This document shows positions 1-8,257 of a DNA stretch of 32,000 nt, in pieces. Origin of the DNA: an uncultured Planctomycetia bacterium. GTDB taxonomy: Bacteria > Omnitrophota > Gorgyraeia > Duberdicusellales > 4484-171. Location of the stretch: NCBI GenBank assembly GCA_964536865.1, contig CAZHYN010000002.1, positions 30,001 through 62,000 of the forward strand. The letters run 5' to 3'. Position numbers and translations under genes: made by a program. The notes under the pieces are model-generated. The model made no database searches, was not told the DNA's origin, and saw only the letters and a list, made by a program, of their open reading frames with translations. Numbering within the stretch: the stretch's first letter is position 1; each line of letters opens with the position of its first letter.

Positions 1-126
1 CAAATGTTCAGTAAGGTAATTTATCCTCTCAGTAAGGAGAGCAACTTGTACTGAGGCAGAACCCGTATCTTGAGGATGTTCCTTAAATCTTTCAATTATC
101 TCTTTCTTTCTTCCTTTATTAGACAT
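1..126 (-). CDS. rpsO: 30S ribosomal protein S15, N-terminal 42 codons (gene runs off the left edge)
   Basis: Not in the ORF track because it is partial. Reverse translation from the ATG at 126-124 gives [42 protein letters not shown]. This matches the conserved S15 N-terminus (DTGS..VQ.ALLT.RI..LT.H). Confidence 0.9.
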   Translation of the reverse strand, partial: MSNKGRKKEIIERFKEHPQDTGSASVQVALLTERINYLTEHL

Positions 127-135
127 AGTATTATT

Positions 136-164
136 ATCTTATCTATTGAAAAAGAGAATGTCAA
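136..164 (-). promoter_or_regulatory. sigma70-like promoter of rpsO: TTGACA-N17-TAAGAT
   Basis: On the minus strand, TTGACA lies at 164-159, followed by a 17 nt spacer and TAAGAT at 141-136. Only 9 nt separate the -10 from the rpsO ATG, and there is no Shine-Dalgarno. Confidence 0.5.
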
Positions 165-179
165 CTAATAAAAGATGAA

Positions 180-692
180 TCACCGCTTATAAAGACCGAT
201 TAACTCTCCTTTATCAAGAATATGACCTTTTATCTTTTTTAAAACCTCTTTTTTAGTAGCTCCTTCTTTAAGGTCTAAGACAGTATCTAAGGCGTAGACT
301 TTGAAAAAATAACGATGAGTAGCACCAGGAGGAGGGCAAGGACCACCATAACCAATCCTTCTAAAGTCATTTATCCCTTGTAAAGTTCCATCCTCTAATA
401 CTCCTTGGTGGGGAATATTCTCTTCTAATTTTCTCCTATTAGAAGGAATATTGTAAACTACCCAGTGTACCCATACTTTAAAAGGAGCATCAGGGTCATC
501 ACAGATAATAACAAAACTTTTAGTTTGAGGAGGAACATCTTCCCACTCTAAAGGAGGAGAATAATTTAATGAATCACAACTATACCGAGATGGAATATAC
601 TCACCATTATTAAAAGCAGAACTTTTAACTTCTAAGGCAAAACTTGATTTTAAAATTGAAAAAAAGAAAATAAAAATAAGAAGTTTCTTCAT
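180..692 (-). CDS. YbhB/YbcL-type PEBP (Raf kinase inhibitor-like) family protein with N-terminal signal peptide
   Basis: Hydrophobic leader MKKLLIFIFFFSILKSSFA. PEBP motifs are present: DPDAP, HW.VYNIP, GYGGPCPP.G.HRY.F.VYALD. Confidence 0.85.
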   Translation of the reverse strand: MKKLLIFIFFFSILKSSFALEVKSSAFNNGEYIPSRYSCDSLNYSPPLEWEDVPPQTKSFVIICDDPDAPFKVWVHWVVYNIPSNRRKLEENIPHQGVLEDGTLQGINDFRRIGYGGPCPPPGATHRYFFKVYALDTVLDLKEGATKKEVLKKIKGHILDKGELIGLYKR

Positions 693-704
693 TTCTAACT
701 TACT

Positions 705-732
705 ATTATATCAGAAAAATTTTAAAAGTAAA
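705..732 (-). promoter_or_regulatory. sigma70-like promoter with extended -10: TTTACT-N16-(TGa)TATAAT
   Basis: On the minus strand, TTTACT lies at 732-727 and TGATATAAT ends at 705. Only 12 nt separate it from the ATG at 692, with no Shine-Dalgarno. Confidence 0.5.
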
Positions 733-784
733 CCCTTATGTATGTTTTCTTTTAATCCATAATTACATTACAGATAGAGTAAAC

Positions 785-2389
785 CTATTTAAAGAACTTA
801 TTAACGATAGGCATGCGTCTATCTTTTCCAAAAGCACGGGGGGTAATCTTAATCCCAATGGGGGACTGACGGCGCTTATACTCATTAGTATCCACCATTC
901 TGATTACTCTCTTTACTAAATCCTTATCAAATCCTCTTCCTACAATCTCTTTAAAAGGTAAATCTTCTTCTATATATAATTTAAGAACGGGGTCAAGAAG
1001 AGGATACGGAGGAAGAGTATCGGAATCTTTCTGATTAGGTTTAAGCTCCGCAGAAGGAGGTCTCCTAAACACAGAAGAGGGAATAACTTCTCTTTTGTAA
1101 ACTTTATTGATATAGCGAGCAATTTTATAAACCATAGTCTTGGGAACATCTTTCAGTAAGCCAAAACCTCCTACCATATCCCCATAGAGGGTGCAGTAAC
1201 CACAAGAGACTTCACTTTTATTTCCCGTATTGAGCACTAGATACCCAAATTTATTAGAAAAAGCCATTAAAAGATTTCCTCTAATTCTTGCTTGAATATT
1301 TTCTTCAGTGTTATCAAATGGTCTATTTCTAAAAAATGGTTTAAGGGTAGAAAGATAAGCCTCGAAAATATCTCTAATATTCACAGTATAGAATTTTATC
1401 CTTAAATTCTTACAGATTCTTTTAGCATCATCAAAGGCCTGAGAAGAAGTGTACTGAGAAGGCATAATCAAACCAAAAACATTCTTTCTTCCTAAAGTAA
1501 GGGTTGCCAAAGACACCACCAATGCAGAATCTATCCCCCCACTTACTCCTACAATAACTTTTTTAAAACCGTTTTTCTTCACATAATCAAATAACCCTAA
1601 CTTTAATGCTTCAAATACCTCCTCAACATAAGAAACTCTCAACTGCTGGGGGACCAAACGTTTATTTTTATTAAAGTTGAAGATAAGAAAATCTTCTTTA
1701 AATCTCTTAGCAAATTCCACTACTTTACCTGAAGGAGAAACAACCATGCTTGTACCATCAAACACTAACTCATCTTGTCCTCCTACAATATTACAATAGA
1801 AGAGAAAACAATTAAGATATTGGGAGGCTTGAGAAAGAATACTTTTTCTTAAGGAAATTTTTCCCAAATGATAGGGAGAAGCGGATAGATTTATAATAAA
1901 ATCAAGATTTTTCTTGGAAAGCCTCTCCAGATAACTTTTTTGCCAAATATCCTGGCATATATTTACTGAAAAACTATAATCTCCCAAGAAGTAAAAAGGA
2001 ATTTTCTCTCCCGAGGTAAAATAACGCTTCTCATCAAAAACTCCATAATTAGGTAAATAAATTTTGTGATAAATATCTTTTAACTTTCCGTCTTCAAAAA
2101 AAGCATAAGCATTAAAAATCTTGTCTCTCCTCCTATCTACAAAACCCAGAATTACTTTTATCTTCTTAGTATAGCTTTTAAGACGATTGAGGTAACGAAT
2201 ATTTTCTTCAATAAACTGAGGCTTTAACAATAAATCCTCTGGAGGATACCCGCATAAGGAAAGTTCTCCAAAGACAACTATATCAACTTCCTTCTTTCTT
2301 GCTTTATCAATATAGTAAAGAATCTTAGAAAAGTTACCCTCAAAGTCTCCTACGCAGGGATTTATTTGAGCTAAACCTATCTTTATCAC
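785..2389 (-). CDS. nadE: glutamine-dependent NAD+ synthetase (N-terminal nitrilase-type glutaminase domain plus C-terminal NAD synthetase domain)
   Basis: The C-N hydrolase half contains FGELSLCGYPPEDL and NICQDIW. The PP-loop SGGIDSALV is present, and the C-terminus is RRQSPIGIKIT..AFGKDRR.P. The start is GTG, preceded by GGAGG. Confidence 0.93.
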   Translation of the reverse strand: MIKIGLAQINPCVGDFEGNFSKILYYIDKARKKEVDIVVFGELSLCGYPPEDLLLKPQFIEENIRYLNRLKSYTKKIKVILGFVDRRRDKIFNAYAFFEDGKLKDIYHKIYLPNYGVFDEKRYFTSGEKIPFYFLGDYSFSVNICQDIWQKSYLERLSKKNLDFIINLSASPYHLGKISLRKSILSQASQYLNCFLFYCNIVGGQDELVFDGTSMVVSPSGKVVEFAKRFKEDFLIFNFNKNKRLVPQQLRVSYVEEVFEALKLGLFDYVKKNGFKKVIVGVSGGIDSALVVSLATLTLGRKNVFGLIMPSQYTSSQAFDDAKRICKNLRIKFYTVNIRDIFEAYLSTLKPFFRNRPFDNTEENIQARIRGNLLMAFSNKFGYLVLNTGNKSEVSCGYCTLYGDMVGGFGLLKDVPKTMVYKIARYINKVYKREVIPSSVFRRPPSAELKPNQKDSDTLPPYPLLDPVLKLYIEEDLPFKEIVGRGFDKDLVKRVIRMVDTNEYKRRQSPIGIKITPRAFGKDRRMPIVNKFFK

Positions 2390-2408
2390 TTAGACCTCCA
2401 TCTATGTT

Positions 2409-2436
2409 ATTATAGTCCTTCTAAAAAATTAATCAA
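2409..2436 (-). promoter_or_regulatory. sigma70-like promoter of nadE: TTGATT-N16-TATAAT
   Basis: On the minus strand, TTGATT lies at 2436-2431 (overlapping the lgt stop) and TATAAT at 2414-2409. It is followed by a leader carrying GGAGG before the GTG start. Confidence 0.5.
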
Positions 2437-3197
2437 AGATTAGAAGATTTAAACCTCCTCTGAAAAAACAACCAAAGAAATACTCCTATGCCTATCATCC
2501 CCAAGGAAATAATCTGGAAAATAGAAAACTTCCCTAAGTAAGGACGGGGGTCTCCTCGATAAAACTCAATAATGAATCGAAACATACCATACAGAATAAA
2601 ATAAAGAGAGAAAATTTCTCCCTTAAAAGAAAATCTTTTCTTCTTACTCCAAAGCATCAAGAACATACATAAGAGAGCTAATGATGAAATAAGTTGAGTG
2701 GGAATAACTTTTGTTCCCAAACTTCCTGCAGGCGAAGAAGGAGGAAACTTTATCCCTATCCAAGAAGAAGTAGGTTTTCCATAACAACATCCATAAGAAA
2801 AGCAACCTACTCTCCCAATAGCATGACCTAAAAGGAGAGCTAACACCAAAATATCGGCTAGCTTTAGAAAATCTAATTTATGCCTTCTTGTAAGAACATA
2901 GAAAGCCCCTAGACCAAAAAGTACCCCCCCATAAAAAACAAAACCTGCTCTTGACAAACCTATCCTTAGGGGGTCTCTTAGAAAGAATCTGAAATTTAAA
3001 AGGATATAAAATATCCTTGCTCCTACAAATCCCCAAATTAAAGACCAAAAAGCAATATCGGAAAAACTTTTGGTGTCTATCCCCTCTCTCTTTACTTGAA
3101 CTAAAGAGAAAAAATATCCTGCTGTCACTCCTAAAAAGAGCAAGACTCCATAAGTATATATGGTAATAGAGCCAATCTTAAAAAGAATAGGGTGCAT
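2433..3197 (-). CDS. lgt: prolipoprotein diacylglyceryl transferase
   Basis: Polytopic membrane protein. The N-terminus is I.IYTYGVL...G, and the motifs HAIGR.GCF..GCCYGKPT and FP.QL are present. Confidence 0.92.
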   Translation of the reverse strand: MHPILFKIGSITIYTYGVLLFLGVTAGYFFSLVQVKREGIDTKSFSDIAFWSLIWGFVGARIFYILLNFRFFLRDPLRIGLSRAGFVFYGGVLFGLGAFYVLTRRHKLDFLKLADILVLALLLGHAIGRVGCFSYGCCYGKPTSSWIGIKFPPSSPAGSLGTKVIPTQLISSLALLCMFLMLWSKKKRFSFKGEIFSLYFILYGMFRFIIEFYRGDPRPYLGKFSIFQIISLGMIGIGVFLWLFFQRRFKSSNL

Positions 3198-3199
3198 CT

Positions 3200-3637
3200 C
3201 TACGTAGTAAGGATTATATTCACCGGTCCCTCTAACACCAACTCTATCTTCATAAACTCTCCAAACGCCCCTTGTTTTACATCCACATTTTCTCTCTTAA
3301 GTAAAGATACAAAATCCTCAAAGTATTTACTAGCCTGCTCTCCAGGCATAGATTCCTCAAAAGATGGCCTCCGTCCTCTCTGTGTATCTGCACAGAGAGT
3401 AAAATTAGAAATACATAGAAGCTGGTAGTTTTTATCCTTCAAAGAGTAATTTAACTTACCCTCCCTATCCTCAAACACTCTTAGGTTAACCACCTTGGAA
3501 GCCATCTTAGCTAAGCTGGTTGAAGTATCAGCTCTCTCTATCCCTACAAATATAGCTAACCCTTTACCAATAGAAGCTAATTCCCTCTCTCCTTTAAATA
3601 CTCTACCCTGGCTAATACGGACAGCCAATACTTTCAT
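3200..3637 (-). CDS. dtd: D-aminoacyl-tRNA (D-Tyr-tRNA) deacylase
   Basis: 145 aa. Motifs GL.IFVGI, SNFTL (SQFTL-like), G.RPSF and GAFGE.M.I.L...GPV are present. Confidence 0.9.
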   Translation of the reverse strand: MKVLAVRISQGRVFKGERELASIGKGLAIFVGIERADTSTSLAKMASKVVNLRVFEDREGKLNYSLKDKNYQLLCISNFTLCADTQRGRRPSFEESMPGEQASKYFEDFVSLLKRENVDVKQGAFGEFMKIELVLEGPVNIILTT

Positions 3638-4538
3638 ATCTAAATCCTTGGTGGGTGCCTCTTTTTTCTAACTCCTTCTCTATCTGATATAAAACTTTGC
3701 TTCTCTGGTTTATCCATTTAGGGGCAATTAGATAAGCAGGATCAGCAGTAGAGACCAACCTTAAAACAACAAAATGAGGAGGGATTATCTCTAAAAAATC
3801 ACAGATTATCCTTACGAACTCATCTTTAGATAGCAATTCCAATCTACCTTCACGATACCAACTCTCTAAGACAGTATCTTTTAACACATGAAGGATATGA
3901 AATTTTATTCCTTGGATGTCTAAAGAAGCTAATCTTTCAGCATCTAACATCATTTCTTCATAACTCTGTTGAGGCAGTCCTAATATAATGTGAACTCCTA
4001 CATTGATACCGTAACTTCTCGTTAACTCCAAAGTTCTTAGAAAATCTTCATAAGTGTGATTACGGTTAATTAACTTTAGGATTCTATTATGGGTAGTTTG
4101 GAGACCATATTCTATCCACACTAAATACTCTCTTTGGTACTGAGAAATCAATGCTAACTTTTTCTTATCTACACAATCAGGACGTGTAGAAATAAAAAGC
4201 CCTACAATCTCAGGAAAATCTCTTATGACATTATATTTTTCTCTCAAATCATCCACACTTGCATAGGTATTAGTGAAAGCTTGAAAATAAGCGATAAAAC
4301 TGGTAACTTTCATTCTTTTCTTATAGTAATTTATCGATTGGATTATCTGATCTCTTAAAGGGAGAACTTTACGAGTGTAAATGCTGAAAGCTTTGTTATT
4401 ACAATATATACAGCCATGTTTACTTAAAATGCCATCAATATTAGGGCAACTAAATCCAGCATCTAAGCTGATGCGGTGGATACGCTTTCCGAACTTCTCT
4501 TTTAGGTATTGGCTAAAGGAGTAAAACTTTTTTTCCAT
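3612..4538 (-). CDS. TIGR01212-family (YhcC-like) radical SAM protein
   Basis: The sequence LDAGFSCPNIDG....GCIYCNN matches the characteristic TIGR01212 cluster-binding region. The length and TIM-like remainder fit the family. Confidence 0.85.
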   Translation of the reverse strand: MEKKFYSFSQYLKEKFGKRIHRISLDAGFSCPNIDGILSKHGCIYCNNKAFSIYTRKVLPLRDQIIQSINYYKKRMKVTSFIAYFQAFTNTYASVDDLREKYNVIRDFPEIVGLFISTRPDCVDKKKLALISQYQREYLVWIEYGLQTTHNRILKLINRNHTYEDFLRTLELTRSYGINVGVHIILGLPQQSYEEMMLDAERLASLDIQGIKFHILHVLKDTVLESWYREGRLELLSKDEFVRIICDFLEIIPPHFVVLRLVSTADPAYLIAPKWINQRSKVLYQIEKELEKRGTHQGFRYESIGCPY

Positions 4539-5068
4539 TTTCTCTCCTGAAAGCTATACACACATCCACAATAGTCCTGACGGTAGAGGTTATACTTTTT
4601 AGCAAACTCTATCGCTTTTTTGAATCCATCGTTCTTTTTAAAATCTATCTCTAAAAAGCGCTTCTCATCTAATTTCTTACCAACACTAAAAACCATTTCT
4701 GCCTTCTTATGAGGACTTACTGTTAAAGTGGTAGTGAAAAAATTAAAACCAAAACTTTCACAAAGCTTTTGTGTCTGTTTAAGTCTAATCTTGTAGCAGA
4801 GAAGACAGCGTCTACCTCCTTCTTTCTCTTTAGCATACTCTTTGCAAATCTTAAACCATTCTCTGGGATTATACTCTCCCTCAATAATCTCTAAGGAAAA
4901 TTTCTCTTTTATAAATTTAAGATTCTCCTTCCTTCGTTGGTATTCTTCAAAGGGGTGAATATTGGGATTGAAGAAAAATCCCACAACGTAAAACCCTTGA
5001 GAATGCAGGTTCTCCACACAAGAAGAAGCGCATACTCCACAACATATGTGAAGAAGAACTTTTTTCAC
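4502..5068 (-). CDS. queH: epoxyqueuosine reductase QueH (DUF208)
   Basis: LLHICCGVCAS, NPNIHPFEEY.RR and the C-terminal YRQDYCGCVYS are the typical QueH Cys pattern. Confidence 0.85.
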   Translation of the reverse strand: MKKVLLHICCGVCASSCVENLHSQGFYVVGFFFNPNIHPFEEYQRRKENLKFIKEKFSLEIIEGEYNPREWFKICKEYAKEKEGGRRCLLCYKIRLKQTQKLCESFGFNFFTTTLTVSPHKKAEMVFSVGKKLDEKRFLEIDFKKNDGFKKAIEFAKKYNLYRQDYCGCVYSFQERKWKKSFTPLANT

Positions 5069-5871
5069 AATCCGAAGTAATCTTTTAAAGTAATAAACTC
5101 TACTTTTTCTTTAATCTTAGGTAGCTCTTCCTCCAGCACTTTAAAAGTATTTTCTCGAGGATGAGCAATTATAATAACTCTACCTTCTTTATCCGCTTTT
5201 GCTAAAAGACTATAGAGAGTATCTTTTATCTCTTTAGGAGAACTACGGGAATCTAAAAATCCACTGTTTTCTGCACACTTTACTCCCTCTTCTTTAGCTA
5301 TCTGACAGGCCAAGGAATTAGGAGATGTCTTAGAATCTACAAATACCATATTTCTAACCCTTATGGCCTTAATAACTGCTCTCATCACCCTCTCATTTTC
5401 TGTAGCTTTGGAACCCATATGGTTATTTGCTCCTATAGCTACCCTTAAAGAATTTAGATGATACTTCAAAAGATAGTTTAATTTTCGCAGAGAAAGATCT
5501 GTGGTTATAAACTTATTTCTATATCTTAAGAAGGAGGATAAACGCTCTTTGGGTTCCATAGGAAGATGCACTAATACAGAATACCCACAGCGGGAAGCAA
5601 TGGATGCTATGTTTTTGGAAAACCTCAAGTGAGGGATTACAGCCACGGTAACTGGAATCTTTAGAGCATAGATTTTTTTAAGCTCTCTTAAATTTTCTCC
5701 TAAGTCATCAAAGATTAAAACAACTTGGGTCTTTTTTTCTGCCTTCAAAGAAGGAACCCCACCCTTAGTAATAAATGATTTGCCCCTCTCTAAAAAATTA
5801 AAGTAAAAGTAAAACATGACAGGAACAGTTATAATAGTGATTAAAAGAATAATCTTGCCTACCTTATTCAT
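5065..5871 (-). CDS. divergent polysaccharide deacetylase family protein (YibQ-like), N-terminal membrane anchor
   Basis: Motifs VVLIFDDLGEN, VTVAVIP, LVHLPMEP, GANNHMGS, VFVDSKTS and IIIAHPR match PF04748-type proteins. Confidence 0.85.
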   Translation of the reverse strand: MNKVGKIILLITIITVPVMFYFYFNFLERGKSFITKGGVPSLKAEKKTQVVLIFDDLGENLRELKKIYALKIPVTVAVIPHLRFSKNIASIASRCGYSVLVHLPMEPKERLSSFLRYRNKFITTDLSLRKLNYLLKYHLNSLRVAIGANNHMGSKATENERVMRAVIKAIRVRNMVFVDSKTSPNSLACQIAKEEGVKCAENSGFLDSRSSPKEIKDTLYSLLAKADKEGRVIIIAHPRENTFKVLEEELPKIKEKVEFITLKDYFGL

Positions 5872-6496
5872 TTAATAAGATATTAAACTGTTGATAAGAC
5901 TCTTTAGGGTTAGAACTTTTAAGAATTGCGCTTCCTACACATATATAGTCTATGCCTAACTCCTTCACTAACTTCAAATTATCCTGCTTTATCCCTCCAT
6001 CGATGCCTATCCTTTTATTAGGAAACAACTTTTTAAATTGGGCAATTTTTTCCAATACCTGGGGTATAAAATTACTTCCATAAAACCCAGGGTTCACACT
6101 CATAAAAAGCACCATTTCTACTTCCTCTACTAAATTCTTGAACTCATCTATAGAAGTAGAGGGGTTAACTGCTAAACCAGGAGAAAGACCGCTTTTCCTG
6201 ATTTGTGAGATTATCTGGTAATGATCTTCAGATATTTCATAGTGATAAATTATCCTTTGAGCTCCAAACTCCTTAAAAGGTTCAATCCACTTGGAAGGAT
6301 CCTCTACCATGAGATGAGCTTCGCTAGCTATAGGAAAGTTTATTTCTTTTAAATCATCTATGGTAATACTACGAGAAGGAACGAACTTACCATCCATAAT
6401 GTCGATCTGTACATAATCGGTAAACTCCTTAGTTATTTTAAGCATTTCTAAAAGTTCCTCTCTATTATCGGTAAGGATAGTAGGAATTATCTTCAT
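5864..6496 (-). CDS. rpe: ribulose-phosphate 3-epimerase family protein (divergent)
   Basis: Aligns end to end with Rpe through DIMDGKFVP, AHLMV, MSVNPGF.G..FIP, IDGGI and VGSAI. The first metal-ligand His of the H-x-D motif is Gln here (QID). Confidence 0.75.
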   Translation of the reverse strand: MKIIPTILTDNREELLEMLKITKEFTDYVQIDIMDGKFVPSRSITIDDLKEINFPIASEAHLMVEDPSKWIEPFKEFGAQRIIYHYEISEDHYQIISQIRKSGLSPGLAVNPSTSIDEFKNLVEEVEMVLFMSVNPGFYGSNFIPQVLEKIAQFKKLFPNKRIGIDGGIKQDNLKLVKELGIDYICVGSAILKSSNPKESYQQFNILLNE

Positions 6497-7665
6497 CGTT
6501 TACTTCTTCTAAAATAGCCTTTTAAGAGTTTTACCAAATCATAATTTAACATATAATTTTCTGTCCGCCAAGATTCAATAATTTTCTTGCTTCTCTTACC
6601 CCACACAGTCAAATAGTTCTCCCATCCTAATATTGGACCTTCTCTACATATAAAAGGTAAGTTAGGAACCAACTGAAAAAGGCCATCAGGAAAGGTATAG
6701 TTTTTGACTGATTTATAAGTCCACAGAGTATAACTAAATCCGAAGGTCTCGAAAGCATCTAATACATCTTTAAGATACTCCTTCTCCCCATAGAAATCAT
6801 TACGCCAGTTTATCCCAAATTCCCCTACAAAGATTTCTACTTTATTTTTATTAGAGAATTTATAGTAGCGTTCTAGATACTTATAGACAGTGTTCCTATT
6901 CCAAACTTTTTCTTCTATCCGTCCAGGATAGGTATAGTAAGGTGTAAGATTAAAGACAAAGCTCAAGGGCTGATAGAAGTGAATGCTAACTTTCACGTTA
7001 GGTTCTATTAAATCCTGTAGAAACTCTATATCCTGCCCCCATAGATTGCCTTCCAGAATAATAAAATGGTTCTTATCAACTTTCTTTATCTTATTAATTA
7101 ACTTCCCATAGAATTTCTTAAGAATATTAAGTTTTCTTTTCTCTATCACAGGTTCATTAATCATATCGTAACCCCAAAGTATTTCTCTGTTTTTAAAGTG
7201 AGAGGCTATCAACTCCCACAAGGCAATAGTTCTGTTTTGGTAACTTTCTTTCTCCCACAAAAGGGCTAAACCTCTACTATCCGAATGCCAGTCTCTATTC
7301 TGTGAACCCACAGCAGCATGGAGATCCAAAATCACTTTAAGATTATATTTATCCGCCCAAACCAGTACCTTATCCAGCCAAAAGATACCCTCTTTGTCGT
7401 AAGAAAAACTATTCTTCTCTATAATACGATAATGGAAAGGAATTCTCACTACATTAGCTCCCCAACTACTTATTATCTTAAAATCTTCTTCCCTGATAAA
7501 GTTATCACGAAAAGCCTGTTCAAACTTCTCTAATTCCTTTTTTCCCCAAATTTTTCTAAATCTCTCCTTAAATTCTCTCTCGGGAATATTCCTTCCACCC
7601 AGAAGATACCCCTCCATTAGGAGCCAACCTCCTAAATTAACCCCTCTTAACTTCTGTTCCTCCAT
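6493..7665 (-). CDS. glycoside hydrolase family 5 protein (cellulase/exo-glucanase-like), no signal peptide visible
   Basis: Motifs GVNLGGWLLMEGY, R.PF, LDLH, the acid/base INEP and the nucleophile region GEFG are present. The N-terminus MEEQKLRG is hydrophilic. Confidence 0.8.
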   Translation of the reverse strand: MEEQKLRGVNLGGWLLMEGYLLGGRNIPEREFKERFRKIWGKKELEKFEQAFRDNFIREEDFKIISSWGANVVRIPFHYRIIEKNSFSYDKEGIFWLDKVLVWADKYNLKVILDLHAAVGSQNRDWHSDSRGLALLWEKESYQNRTIALWELIASHFKNREILWGYDMINEPVIEKRKLNILKKFYGKLINKIKKVDKNHFIILEGNLWGQDIEFLQDLIEPNVKVSIHFYQPLSFVFNLTPYYTYPGRIEEKVWNRNTVYKYLERYYKFSNKNKVEIFVGEFGINWRNDFYGEKEYLKDVLDAFETFGFSYTLWTYKSVKNYTFPDGLFQLVPNLPFICREGPILGWENYLTVWGKRSKKIIESWRTENYMLNYDLVKLLKGYFRRSKR

Positions 7666-7786
7666 CTTTTACTTCCAGTTTAAATTAGCTTCACATTGAG
7701 GAGAAGTTTTCAAAGGTTTATCATTTACCCCTTGAAATTTCTTAAATTTATAATCACAATTTTGGTAAAGATTTCATATGGAGGCA

Positions 7787-8257
7787 TCAGAAAGAAGTTT
7801 TAAATTTCCATTTTCTCCAGAAAGGTAAATAATCAATAATTAATTTCCCATCTAAATGGTCAATTTCATGCTGTAAGACTCGTGCCAGTAACCCTTTTGC
7901 TTTTATCTGAACAAGTTTACCTTTCTCATTTAATCCTTCTACTACAACCTCATAAGCTCTTTTTACCTCAACCTGTGCTTGAGGAATACTTAAACATCCT
8001 TCAACTAACTTATCCTCTCCTTTAACTTCAAGAACCTTAGGATTGGCAAGTTTAATCTCTTTCTCGCCAATATCAACAACAATTAATCTCTTAAGAAGCC
8101 CTACTTGAGGAGCAGCTAAGCCTATCCCTTGAAAACGTCTCATTGTAAAAAGCATTTTTGAAAAAAGGTCTTTTTCATAAGAACTTATCCCCTCAATCTC
8201 TTCACATTTTTTTCTTAAAACCTTGTCAGGATATTTTTTAATTTCAAGAATCTGCAT
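7787..8257 (-). CDS. def: peptide deformylase
   Basis: All three canonical motifs are present: GIGLAAPQVG, EGCLS, QHEIDHLDG. Confidence 0.95.
   Translation of the reverse strand: MQILEIKKYPDKVLRKKCEEIEGISSYEKDLFSKMLFTMRRFQGIGLAAPQVGLLKRLIVVDIGEKEIKLANPKVLEVKGEDKLVEGCLSIPQAQVEVKRAYEVVVEGLNEKGKLVQIKAKGLLARVLQHEIDHLDGKLIIDYLPFWRKWKFKTSF

Noticed and set aside
7666-7786. A promoter for the GH5-led operon in the 121 nt gap after def.
   Set aside because: Only poorly spaced partial matches are present (TTTACC-N11-TATAAA; TTGAAA with no acceptable -10 at 16-18 nt). I could not support a specific call, so transcription may read through from def or use a non-consensus promoter.
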